A stretch of 64,000 nt of DNA from Planctomycetota bacterium (GCA_046290465.1 JBKAGP010000001.1:6016001-6080000); one strand, 5' to 3'. Counted from the stretch's first letter, positions 9,396-18,623 are shown. Notes: a model not told the origin generated them from the letters alone. Numbers and translations: made by a program.

Positions 9396-11363
9396 TTACC
9401 GCACTCCGCGCCGCGACTCCACGGTGCAGTAGGCGGCGCCGACGCGGGTCGGGTGCGAGCCGTTCGGCGAACGGTCGATCGCCCACGGGCCGAGCATGCG
9501 GTCGCAGGCGATCAGCAGCACGGTGTCGGCGTCTGTGGTGTGCTTGTCCGGCACCTCGAAGGACTCGCCCTGGTAGCGCACGCACTTCGACAGCCGCACC
9601 TCGTCGAGCTTGCCCGCGAACTGCGACGTCGGCGCGCCGCTGCGGTTGACGTCGGCGCCGATCAAGAACGGCAGCGCATTGGCGCGGCGGCGACCGCTGC
9701 CGGCCTTGCGCGCGATCACCTTGCCGTCGAGGTAGAGCCGCACCTCGTTGCCGTCGAACACCCCGGCGACGTGGTGCCAGGTGCCGGGCTTCAGCACCGC
9801 CTCGGCGCTGCGCGCGGTGACGTAGCCCTTGCCGAGGTAGACCGAGAAGTCGAGCACGCCGTCGCTGCAGAAGATGCCGAACTCGCTGCTCTCGGTCTTG
9901 GCCAGCATGCCGCGGCGGCCTTGGAAGTCGTCGCCGTTGCACCAGCACTCGAGCGTGATCGGGCCGTCGGGCAGCGCGACCGCGTCGCTGTCGACCCGCA
10001 GGCAGCTGCGGCCGTCGAGCACCAGCACGCCGCCGTGCGCGGCCTCGAGCCGGTCGAGCCCCTGCGGCGGCGGCAGGTCGATCGTCATCGAGCGCGCCGG
10101 CAGGCCGACGCGGCGCTGCCGGGCGAGGTAGTCGCAGCGGACCTCCATCGTCGGCAGCGAGAACGGCGCGTCCGAGGCGCTGCGCTGGATCGCGAACGTG
10201 GTCGTGCCCTTGCTCTTCGGCGGCACCACCAGGTGCTGGTGGTCGGGGCCGAACGTCCACGGCGCACCGTCCTGCGGGATGACCTCGAGCTCGATCGCGC
10301 GCGAGCCGACATTCTCGAACTGCAGCGTCGCGACCGCGTCGACGGTGCCGTCGACGGTGATCGCCGGACCGTCGCCAGCGGCGACCAGGTTCTGCACCTG
10401 CGGCCGCAGGCTGCGGTGCACGGCCAGCGCTTCGCGCGCCATCTCGTCGGTGATCTCCTGCGGGTCCATCACGCCGCCGACCGGGATCGCGGCGACCTTG
10501 ATGCCCTCGGGGCGGACCGTGACGACGTGGTACTGGTGCAGGAAGCCCGCTTCGGGCGCATCCATGCCGAGGTGCGCGCCGACCGAGGCGACGGTGTAGT
10601 ACTCGATGCCGTCGCGCACGCCGCTGAAGCCCATGTAGTGGATGTGGCCCGCGAACACCGCGCGCACGTTGCCGTTGGCGGCGAGCGCCTCGTGCACCTT
10701 CTGCCAGTCGTCGCCGTACTGCTTCAGCCAGCGCGGATGGTGCAAGAACACGAACACGTGCCGGGCGTCCTTGGCCGTCTTCAGCGTGTCCTTCAGCCAC
10801 GAGAACTGCGCGTCGCTGATGCGCTGGCACGCGGGCTTGTTGAAGTTCTTCTCGCCGGTCTTCGGGTTGCCCTCGTCGGAGTAGAGCACGACGAACCAGC
10901 AGTCCTTGTGGTGCACCGCGTACCACAGCGGGCCGAACACGGTCTCGTAGTGCTGCTCGTGCTCGCCGTCGGGCTTGCCCGGTCCGCGCCAGTAGATGTC
11001 GTGGTTGCCGGCGACCGGATACCACGGCATGCGCAGCTTGCCCATCGAGGTCTTGTACTCGTCGGCCTGCGCCATCCACGGCTCGGTGGTGTTGTAGCCG
11101 TTGATCAGGTCGCCGACGGTCAGCACCAGGTCGGGGTCGAGCAGGTTGGTGTCGACCACGGCCTGGTCGAGCACCTTGATGCCCTCGGCGGGGCCGCCGG
11201 TGCGGTCGCCGAACACGACGAAACCGAATGCGTCGTCCTCCTTGGGCAGCTTCAGCAGCTGCTTGCCGGTGGGGCGGTTGGTCAGGATGCGCGGCGTCTT
11301 CTGCGCGACGACGGCGCTCGCCAGCGCGAGCAGGACACAGAGGGTGCGGACGAACATGCGCAC
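9396..11363 (-). CDS. Secreted calcineurin-like metallophosphoesterase with C-terminal LamG/concanavalin-like domain
   Basis: GDRTG, VGDLI, AGNHD, HHP and GHIH metal motifs; WHHVAGVFDG...LYLDG...FAGKLDEVRLS LamG motifs. Confidence 0.9.
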   Translation of the reverse strand: MRMFVRTLCVLLALASAVVAQKTPRILTNRPTGKQLLKLPKEDDAFGFVVFGDRTGGPAEGIKVLDQAVVDTNLLDPDLVLTVGDLINGYNTTEPWMAQADEYKTSMGKLRMPWYPVAGNHDIYWRGPGKPDGEHEQHYETVFGPLWYAVHHKDCWFVVLYSDEGNPKTGEKNFNKPACQRISDAQFSWLKDTLKTAKDARHVFVFLHHPRWLKQYGDDWQKVHEALAANGNVRAVFAGHIHYMGFSGVRDGIEYYTVASVGAHLGMDAPEAGFLHQYHVVTVRPEGIKVAAIPVGGVMDPQEITDEMAREALAVHRSLRPQVQNLVAAGDGPAITVDGTVDAVATLQFENVGSRAIELEVIPQDGAPWTFGPDHQHLVVPPKSKGTTTFAIQRSASDAPFSLPTMEVRCDYLARQRRVGLPARSMTIDLPPPQGLDRLEAAHGGVLVLDGRSCLRVDSDAVALPDGPITLECWCNGDDFQGRRGMLAKTESSEFGIFCSDGVLDFSVYLGKGYVTARSAEAVLKPGTWHHVAGVFDGNEVRLYLDGKVIARKAGSGRRRANALPFLIGADVNRSGAPTSQFAGKLDEVRLSKCVRYQGESFEVPDKHTTDADTVLLIACDRMLGPWAIDRSPNGSHPTRVGAAYCTVESRRGVR

Positions 11364-11477
11364 AGCTTGGCTCGGCCGGGTGCGGTCCGGAAGGCGATGC
11401 CCGAGAAGATCGCGCCAAGGTGCGGCGCGCGGCCACCGACCCGGCGCGGTGGCCGGGGCATCGACGGGGCGCGCGCC

Positions 11478-11515
11478 AAAAAAAGCGGCCGCCCGGAGCG
11501 AGTCACCGGGCGGCC
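11478..11515 (-). terminator. Intrinsic (Rho-independent) terminator
   Basis: 10-bp GC stem (11487-11496 / 11506-11515) with a 9-nt loop, followed on the minus strand by GC-TTTTTTT (A7 at 11478-11484). Confidence 0.85.
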
Positions 11516-11710
11516 CTGTTTCCCTTCCGTTCCCGAAGTTTCCGCCTCAATACCCGCGGGGCAGGCCATTGGACGGGAAGACGTCGGGGGGTGGCTCTGG
11601 CAAGCCGTGTGGCTATCGGGATAGCCGGTTCGAGGGGGAGCGAGAGGGAATTGGTTCGGTCGTTGCTCCTAGTTAGGCGCGTGCAAGCGGTGACGCGTCA
11701 GCCAGGAATG
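11478..11710 (-). ncRNA. Candidate ~230-nt structured sRNA or attenuating leader
   Basis: Lies between a sigma-54 motif and a terminator; several helices can be paired by eye; no convincing ORF. Confidence 0.5.
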
Positions 11711-11720
11711 TGGATTTGAT

Positions 11721-11736
11721 TGCAAAGGGCGGGCCA
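11721..11736 (-). promoter_or_regulatory. Sigma-54 (-24/-12) promoter
   Basis: Minus strand TGGCCCGCCCTTTGCA matches TGGCACG-N4-TTGCA with exact GG-N10-GC spacing. Confidence 0.65.
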
Positions 11737-11823
11737 ACGAGGGGGTGGTGTGCTCGGATGGCACCGCCGCCAGGATGTAAGAGGCGGAAACGTCACGGGG
11801 CTGTACCGCGGAAAACGAGAAAA

Positions 11824-12786
11824 ATGAGCAGCACGCAGAGCGACGCCCGGGGAATGCGCGTCGGCATCGTCGGTGCGGGGCGGACGCGCCAGGGCCTCGG
11901 CCCCTTCCTCGCGCGCTGGTTCGAAAAGGCCGGGGCGCGCGTGTCCGGGGTCTCTGGACGCGATCCGCTACGGAATCGTGACGCGGCCGTTTCGCTGGCG
12001 GAACAGTTGGGGCACGACGTGACCCCGTACGACGACGCGCGCACGCTGGCGCGCAACGTCGACGCGCTGGTCGTCGCCTGTCCGGTCGAGGGCCACGCCG
12101 ACGGCCTCGACGCGGCGCTCGCCGCCGGTGTGCCGTGCCTGTGCGAGAAGCCGTTCGTGCCGTGGTGCGACGCCGACGCCGGCCTCGAACGGGTCGCGGC
12201 GTTCCGGCGGCGCGGCCTGCTGCTCGCCGAGAACTGCCAGTGGCCGTTCGCGCTGGCGGCGCTCGACCAGCTGCACCCCGAGGTCCGGCGCACCCCGGTG
12301 CGCTCGCTGGTGATGCGCCTGTCGCCGGCGTGGCCGGGCCACGCGATGGTCGAGGATTCGCTGTCGCACGTGCTGAGCCTGCTGCAGGCGCTGGTGCCGC
12401 TGCCCGACGACGCGCGGGTCGTCGACGTCGCGCAGTCGGACGGCGGCGACGCGGCGGTCGCCAACGTGGTGCGGTTCGCTGTCGTCGGTGGCATCGACGA
12501 TGTCGCCGTCGAGCTCCTCCTGCAATGTTGTCCACAGCAGCCGCGGCCGGCGTGGTTCGCCGTCGACGGTGTGCGCCTCGATCGCGAACTCGGCGCCGAC
12601 TACGCGATCTCGTTCCGCAGCGGCGACGGGCGGCTCGTGAACGTGCAGGACCCGCTCGATGCGCTCGTGTATGGTTTCGTGGCAAACCTGAAGGCAAACC
12701 ACCGTGAACGAACCGACGCCCTCGCAGCCGCCATCGCCCTCCGCATCCGCCTCTACGCAGGCGTCCTCGCCGGCCTCCGCGGGTGA
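11824..12786 (+). CDS. Gfo/Idh/MocA-family oxidoreductase
   Basis: MRVGIVGAG Rossmann start; DALVVACP; CLCEKP motif. Start re-assigned to ATG at 11824. Confidence 0.8.
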   Translation: MSSTQSDARGMRVGIVGAGRTRQGLGPFLARWFEKAGARVSGVSGRDPLRNRDAAVSLAEQLGHDVTPYDDARTLARNVDALVVACPVEGHADGLDAALAAGVPCLCEKPFVPWCDADAGLERVAAFRRRGLLLAENCQWPFALAALDQLHPEVRRTPVRSLVMRLSPAWPGHAMVEDSLSHVLSLLQALVPLPDDARVVDVAQSDGGDAAVANVVRFAVVGGIDDVAVELLLQCCPQQPRPAWFAVDGVRLDRELGADYAISFRSGDGRLVNVQDPLDALVYGFVANLKANHRERTDALAAAIALRIRLYAGVLAGLRG

Positions 12787-14014
12787 GTCGACGGGCAAGG
12801 CGGTCGAGCGGGTGCACGACTTCGCCGGCAAGCTGCAGCAGCCGAGCATGTGGCCGAAGGTGCTCGACTACGTCAAGTGGCAGCGCGCGCTGCGCAAGGC
12901 CGAGGCCGACGGCAAGCCGCTGCCGGACATGCCGGATCTCGCGCCGCTGTCGATCAACCTCGACCTGACCACCGCGTGCAACTACGCGTGTGACCACTGC
13001 ATCGACTGGGACATCCTCAACAGCAAGGAGAAGCACGAGGACGAGCAGCTGCGCGCGTCGATCGCGCGCATGGCCGAGCGCGGCCTGCGCAGCGTGATCC
13101 TGATCGGCGGCGGCGAGCCGACGCTGTATCCGGGGTTCGTCGAGTTCGTCGCATTCCTGAAGCAGCTCGGGCTGTCGGTCTCGGTCGTCACCAACGGCAG
13201 CCGCGGCGACCGCATCCTGAAGGCGGCGCCGTACTTCACCGAGGGGGACTGGGTGCGCCTGTCGCTCGACTCGGGCAGCAACGACACGTTCGTTCGCATG
13301 CACCACCCGTCGAAGAAGTCGCTGACGCTCGACGAGATCTGCAGCTGGATCCCCAAGATCAAGGCGGCCAACCCCAAGCTCGCCATGGGCTTCTCGTTCG
13401 TGATCACGTGGGTCGGCGGCAGCCGCGGCGACGTCAAGGTCGTCGAGAACATCGGCGAGATGGTGATGGCGGCGAAGCGCGCCTCGGACGCGCAGTTCGA
13501 CTACATCTCGTTCAAGCCGTTCCTCGAGCGGCAGGAGGACGGCGCCGAGGTCATGGACCCGGCCAAGAGCGAGGCCGAGCTGCAGGCGGTGATCGCCCGC
13601 ATCCAGCAGAACCTCGAGGAGGCGCGCGCCGCGGTGCGCGACGACTTCAAGGTGCTCGCCAGCACCAACCTGCGCGTGCTGATGAGCGGCACCTGGAAGG
13701 ACTACACCCACCAGCCGAAGGTCTGCCACATGCAGATGCTGCGCCAGGTGGTCACGCCGCTCGGCACCTACAACTGCCCGGCGCACCGCGGCGTGCAGAA
13801 GGCCAAGCTCGGCGACAAGAACCTCTGGGAGGTGCCGGCCGCAGGCCAGCACGACACCGCGCGCGTGCTCGCCGACTTCGACGCCAAGGCGGAGTGCGGT
13901 GAGGTGACCTGCCTCTACAACAGCACCAACTGGTGGCTCGAGGAACTGGTCGCCGCGAGCGCGGAGCTGCCCGAGGAAGCGCCGGGCCGCGAGAGCCGCG
14001 ACTGGTTCCTGTAG
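12704..14014 (+). CDS. Radical SAM protein with C-terminal Twitch/SPASM-like cysteines
   Basis: CNYACDHC (CxxxCxxC); GGGEP; VTNGS; RLSLDSG; C-terminal VCH...YNCP...EC...TC. Confidence 0.9.
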   Translation: MNEPTPSQPPSPSASASTQASSPASAGESTGKAVERVHDFAGKLQQPSMWPKVLDYVKWQRALRKAEADGKPLPDMPDLAPLSINLDLTTACNYACDHCIDWDILNSKEKHEDEQLRASIARMAERGLRSVILIGGGEPTLYPGFVEFVAFLKQLGLSVSVVTNGSRGDRILKAAPYFTEGDWVRLSLDSGSNDTFVRMHHPSKKSLTLDEICSWIPKIKAANPKLAMGFSFVITWVGGSRGDVKVVENIGEMVMAAKRASDAQFDYISFKPFLERQEDGAEVMDPAKSEAELQAVIARIQQNLEEARAAVRDDFKVLASTNLRVLMSGTWKDYTHQPKVCHMQMLRQVVTPLGTYNCPAHRGVQKAKLGDKNLWEVPAAGQHDTARVLADFDAKAECGEVTCLYNSTNWWLEELVAASAELPEEAPGRESRDWFL

Positions 14015-14148
14015 CGGGCCTGCTGTCCGGCTGGCCGTCGAGCTGGCTGCCTGGCTTTCCGGTGCCGTGGCCCTCGCGACGAGGGCCCGAAGGCCCTGCG
14101 GAGCTGCCGTCAGCCGTGCTGTCGACAGCAGGGCTCCGACAGCAGGAC

Positions 14149-16590
14149 CTACTGCGTGCCGAGCTTCAGCTCGACCCCGTTGGCGGTCCGCGCGCCGAGC
14201 GCGTTGACGGTCGGCGGCATCAGCACGACCCCCTGCGTCACGATGCTCGAACCCGACAGCGACGCCGTGTTCGGGATCGGCAGCGACCAGGTGTGCGAGC
14301 TCGAGAACACCGGGAAGCTCATCGTCTCGATGACCGCCGCCTGCGCGTAGAGGCGGCAGCCCGGCGCGCCGACGAAGCCGAGGTCGGTGCCGAACGGGAT
14401 CGTCTGGAAGCCGAGCACCACCAGCCCGATGCTCTGCGCGGGCTGCGGGATGTGGTCGAGCTGCAGGATCTGCGTGGTGCCGAGCAGCGGCCGGTTGACG
14501 CCGCTCCAGGCGAGCGGCGTCGCGTCGACCGACACCGACACCGGCATGCTGGCGCTGAAGTCCGTGTTCGGCGGCGTCTGGGTGTTGCCGCGCGTGAACG
14601 CCAGGATGCAATCGTCGGGCTGGTTGGGGATCTGCCGGTAGCGGTAGTCGACCGTGCCGTTCGGGTGGATCGCGATCTGCAGCGTATTGCCGGCGCCGGC
14701 CGGGCCCGCCGTGTAGGCCGGCACGTCGTTCCAGGTGAACACCGCCGAGCCGCCGACCACCTCGTAGTGGCAGCTGCCGCCGGCGGTCGGGTTCATGTCG
14801 AACCAGGCCGGACAGAAGCGCGCGCCGTTGCCGACCAGCTCGGCGATCGTCGGCGACCAGTCGGCCGCGGTCGACGACCCGAGCCAGACGTAGCCGTTGG
14901 TGCAGAAGCCGACCTGGTTGGTCGAGCCGCCCGGGTAAGACAGCGTGAACGGCAGCGTCACCTGGTGCACGTCGTCGTCGCCGAGGTTCAGGTTGCCGCT
15001 GCTCGGTGCGTTCCAGTTGGGCGCGCCGATCGCCATCGTGTAGCCGTTGCCGCTGGCGGTCGGCGTCAGGCGCACGTTGACCGCGAACGCCGACGTGCCG
15101 GCCAGGTCGAACTGGTTGGCCGAGAACAGTTCGGCGGCGGTGCCGAAGCTCTGGTAGCAGCCGGTGCCGTAGGCGACCGCCGCGGCGACGTCGCCGCCGC
15201 CGCTGCCGCCGAGCGTGTCGAGCACGGTGGCGCCGGTGCCGAGCGGGTCGAGCCAGTTGGACAGGCGCGAGCTGCTCGAGCCGCCGCCGGTCCACGACCG
15301 GAACATGCGGCCGTACCAGTCCGAGTCGTTGTTGCCGCAGGCCGCGTAGCCGCCGTGCAGCTGGCCGACGATGCGGTGGTTGCCGTCGAACAGCGGCGAG
15401 CCCGACGAGCCGGGCTCGGTCGTGCCGAGGTCCCAGTCGACGACGCGCACGTGCGAGCCGTTGTTGTTGGTGTTGTTGCCCAGGTAGTTGGTGATCTGCG
15501 TCGACTGGTTCTCGAACGAGATCTTCTTGGCATCGCCGCTCGGGTGGTGGATCGCGACCGCCGAGCCGTGCGTGCCCGAGCCGCGGTTCCAGCCAGCGTA
15601 GGTGACGCCCCAGGCCGGGTTCGGGGTGCCGTTCAGTTCGACCAGCGTGAAGTCCGAGGTGCTCCACGACGCGCGCCAGGTGGCGCCGATCGTGAACTGG
15701 TTGAGCGGCGCGTTGTTGCCGCCGCAGGTGGTGTTCTCGTAGTTCCAGTAGCAGACCAGCGACGGCGCCGCCCCCGACGAGATGCCGCAGTGGTTGGCGG
15801 TCAGGAAGAAGTTGCGGCCGTCCTGCGCGGTGTTGTTGATCATCGCGCCGGTGCAGAAGATCGAGCCGCCGGTCGAGTAGGCCGCGACCGACGAGATCTC
15901 GTCCTCCCAGCCCGATCCCTGCGAGCAGGTGACGTCGACGTTGCACGGGCCGCTGCCGTCGGTGTTGTTGCTCAGCGCGGTCGGGCCGGCACCGAAGAAC
16001 CGGTAGCCGGAGCCGACGTGCACCATGTCGAGCTGGACCTGGGCGACCGCCGCGGTCTGCACGTAGACCTCGCAGACGACGTCCTTGCCGTAGACGATCG
16101 GCGTCCACAGCTGCCCGGTCGGCTGGTGGTCGGTCTGGTCGAACGGCCGCACGACGCAGCTGCCGTCGGCGCTGTAGACCTGCATGCGCGCGCCGGCCGG
16201 CATCGCGAACGAACCGAACCCGAGGTTGACGTGCTCGGCCTCGGGGCAGCGGATGCGCAGCCGCCACAGCGACCACTTGCTGTCGAGCACCTCCCAGGTG
16301 CCGTGCGTCACCGGCGAGATCGACACGTCGTTGGCGATCGCGAAGCGGGCCGGCTGGCCGTTGCCGGCGCGGGCGACGTCCTCGGCGGCGATCTGCACGC
16401 GGTCGATCGCGGGCATCGTGACGCGCGCGACCGTGGCGAGCGGCGCGGCGTTGGGGTGCACGATGCCGATCGGCTGGGCGACGCCAGCGGTCGGCCCGCC
16501 CGCTTGGGCGGTCAGGGTCGGGGCGAACAGCGAGAACGTGCCGGCGAGAACGGCTGCCGCGACGGCGGCATGGGGCGAGGATCGGTCCAT
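14149..16590 (-). CDS. Secreted trypsin-like serine protease (Achromobacter lysyl endopeptidase type) with C-terminal extension
   Basis: ATG at 16590; signal peptide; propeptide; FLTANHC (His), SDFTL (Asp), TEPGSSGSP (Ser); IHHPSGDAKKIS. Confidence 0.92.
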   Translation of the reverse strand: MDRSSPHAAVAAAVLAGTFSLFAPTLTAQAGGPTAGVAQPIGIVHPNAAPLATVARVTMPAIDRVQIAAEDVARAGNGQPARFAIANDVSISPVTHGTWEVLDSKWSLWRLRIRCPEAEHVNLGFGSFAMPAGARMQVYSADGSCVVRPFDQTDHQPTGQLWTPIVYGKDVVCEVYVQTAAVAQVQLDMVHVGSGYRFFGAGPTALSNNTDGSGPCNVDVTCSQGSGWEDEISSVAAYSTGGSIFCTGAMINNTAQDGRNFFLTANHCGISSGAAPSLVCYWNYENTTCGGNNAPLNQFTIGATWRASWSTSDFTLVELNGTPNPAWGVTYAGWNRGSGTHGSAVAIHHPSGDAKKISFENQSTQITNYLGNNTNNNGSHVRVVDWDLGTTEPGSSGSPLFDGNHRIVGQLHGGYAACGNNDSDWYGRMFRSWTGGGSSSSRLSNWLDPLGTGATVLDTLGGSGGGDVAAAVAYGTGCYQSFGTAAELFSANQFDLAGTSAFAVNVRLTPTASGNGYTMAIGAPNWNAPSSGNLNLGDDDVHQVTLPFTLSYPGGSTNQVGFCTNGYVWLGSSTAADWSPTIAELVGNGARFCPAWFDMNPTAGGSCHYEVVGGSAVFTWNDVPAYTAGPAGAGNTLQIAIHPNGTVDYRYRQIPNQPDDCILAFTRGNTQTPPNTDFSASMPVSVSVDATPLAWSGVNRPLLGTTQILQLDHIPQPAQSIGLVVLGFQTIPFGTDLGFVGAPGCRLYAQAAVIETMSFPVFSSSHTWSLPIPNTASLSGSSIVTQGVVLMPPTVNALGARTANGVELKLGTQ

Positions 16591-16823
16591 GGGATGAGGA
16601 GGGCGCCTGATGGCGCAGGCGCTTCGTCTCTTCGACGTAACGAGCGCCGGGACGGGTTCCCCGAACTGCGCGTCGCCAGGGGAGCCTACGACCTGCGGCC
16701 GCGCGAGGCGGCGCGGTCGGCTCGACCCTCGGCCCCGCCGGCCCGATCGCGGCGGCGGCCGGCGCCGTCGAGGCGTCGCTGCCAGCGAGCCTTCGGCCGC
16801 GCGCCGGCAGCGCATCCGAGTCG

Positions 16824-18623
16824 CTACTGCGTGCCCAGGAACAGTTCGGTCGCGTTGGCGGTGATGCCGCCGAGCGCGTTGGTGCCCGGCGGCACCAGCA
16901 GCGCGCCCTGGGTCCAGAACGTCGACGCCGCCAGCAGCGGATCGTTGGGGATCGGCAGCGTCCAGACCATCGTCGAGCCGGCCAGCGGGAACACCGTCAG
17001 GATGTTCTGGTTCTGCTGGTAGACGCGGCAGCCCGGCGCGCCGAACGGCGCCAGGTCGACGCCGCCGGGGATGCCGACCGCGCCGAGCAGCACCAGGCCG
17101 ATCGAGCCGGCCGGGTTCGGGATGCCGTTGAGCGTCTGCACGAACGTGCCGCCGAGGATCGGGCGGTTGAGCGCGATCCAGCTGATGCCGCCGCAGCCCT
17201 GGCCGACGCTGGTCGCGCTGGCGATCGGGCCGTTGTCGACGATGTTCAGCTCGAGGCGGTACGGCTGGATCGCGTCGATGCCCGAGCCATTGACGCGGAT
17301 CGAGTAGGTGCCCGCGCTGATCGCGTAGCCGGCGATGGTCTCGGTCTGGCCGATGCCGGCCGAGCCCGAGAAGGTCAGCAGCGACGTGCCGGTGCCGTTG
17401 AACAGGAACACGTTCAGGTTGCGCAGCGTCGACGGGTTGAGCGTCGTGCCGGCGGAGCAGTTGCCGTTCTGCAGCTGCGGCCCCTCGATGTAGGGGGTGC
17501 CGACCGGGATCACCGAGATCGTCGCCAGCTTGTCGGACAGCACCGAGAACGTGAACTGGTCGAGGTCCGACGACGCGTCGATGCTGACGTTGGTGACGTT
17601 GGTGACGCCGTCGGAAACCTGGCCGAGGTCGGACGCCTGCGTGATCGAGTCGTTGGGCTCGAGCGGGTCGCCGTAGAGGCGCTGGCCGCTCAGGATGTCG
17701 TCGAACTGCGGGCCGCTGTAGAACGTCGAGATCAGCGGCTCCATCAGTTTGGAGTCGTTGATCGGGCAGACGTGCGCGATGCCGAGGCCGTGGCCGTGCT
17801 CGTGCGTCAGCACGTTGAAGAAGCGACGGTAGTTGGACGAAGGGTTGCCGAAGAAGCCGGCGTCGCTCGAGTCCAGCACCATGTCGCCGTCGTTGGGGTA
17901 GGCGTTGTAGGCGAGGATGTTGCTGCCGCCGTCGATGAACTTCATGCCGATGCGCACGTCGCCGCGCACGTTGATCTGGCCGCCGGCCCCGCCGTGCGTG
18001 GCGCCGTCGTCGTTCGGCTCGTAGACGTAGGTGATGCCGGTCAGTTCGCCCCAGCGATCGAACGCGCTGTGGATGATGTTCTGCCAGGTCGTCGGGTTGC
18101 CGAACTGCGCGTTGAGCACCGCGAACATGTTGCTGCCGCCCGCCGGCTCGCCGACGCCGCTCGGGATGAACGTGCCGTCCGGGACGAAGCTGTAGCGGAT
18201 CGTCGTCGGGTCGCCCCACTGCAGGCCGCCGCCGCTCGAGGCGGTCGAGGTCCAGCGCGTCACCGGCTGGAACGAGTTGGTGTTCTGGATCGCGGCGTTG
18301 AACAGCGCAGCCGCCTGCGGCGTCGGCATGTTCTGCCAGCAGCCGTGCACGACCGAGCGTTCGCGCGGCAGGCGGAACAGCCGCACGATCATGTCCTGGT
18401 GCGTCGGCGACAGCCACAGGTAGTCGTCGAGCGCGCGCGGCGCGGTGGTGTCGAAGTCGCCGTCTTCGGTGAAGCGCAGCTTGCCGAGCATCGGCTCCTG
18501 TGCCTGCAGCAGCGGCAGGTCCGGCGTCGGCAGCGTCGGCGGGGCCGACTGGGCCAGCAGCGGGGCCAGCAGGACGGGGGCGGCGAAGGCCGCTCGGAAG
18601 GCGGTGCGGACGAGTTCGTGCAT
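16824..18623 (-). CDS. Secreted matrixin (M10-like metzincin) metalloprotease with PPC-like and C-terminal modules
   Basis: HEHGHGLGIAH zinc motif; Met-turn KLMEP; LAYNAYP; EPNDS...DLDQF PPC-like segment. Confidence 0.9.
   Translation of the reverse strand: MHELVRTAFRAAFAAPVLLAPLLAQSAPPTLPTPDLPLLQAQEPMLGKLRFTEDGDFDTTAPRALDDYLWLSPTHQDMIVRLFRLPRERSVVHGCWQNMPTPQAAALFNAAIQNTNSFQPVTRWTSTASSGGGLQWGDPTTIRYSFVPDGTFIPSGVGEPAGGSNMFAVLNAQFGNPTTWQNIIHSAFDRWGELTGITYVYEPNDDGATHGGAGGQINVRGDVRIGMKFIDGGSNILAYNAYPNDGDMVLDSSDAGFFGNPSSNYRRFFNVLTHEHGHGLGIAHVCPINDSKLMEPLISTFYSGPQFDDILSGQRLYGDPLEPNDSITQASDLGQVSDGVTNVTNVSIDASSDLDQFTFSVLSDKLATISVIPVGTPYIEGPQLQNGNCSAGTTLNPSTLRNLNVFLFNGTGTSLLTFSGSAGIGQTETIAGYAISAGTYSIRVNGSGIDAIQPYRLELNIVDNGPIASATSVGQGCGGISWIALNRPILGGTFVQTLNGIPNPAGSIGLVLLGAVGIPGGVDLAPFGAPGCRVYQQNQNILTVFPLAGSTMVWTLPIPNDPLLAASTFWTQGALLVPPGTNALGGITANATELFLGTQ

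Noticed and set aside
11282..11569. 95-aa minus-strand ORF inside the candidate RNA
   Set aside because: It runs through the terminator and into the next gene out of frame, and has no RBS or coding-like bias.
11560..11710. Cobalamin-riboswitch-like words on the plus strand (GCCATTG..GGGAAG, AGGGAA, AGCCAGGA)
   Set aside because: The elements are in the wrong order and the CCCGC-ACTGT core is missing.
14015..14148. Nested hairpins (CCTGCTGTC / GACAGCAGG, GGCCCTCG / CGAGGGCC) between convergent genes as an ncRNA
   Set aside because: They are adequately explained as 3'-end or terminator structures, and no promoter is evident.
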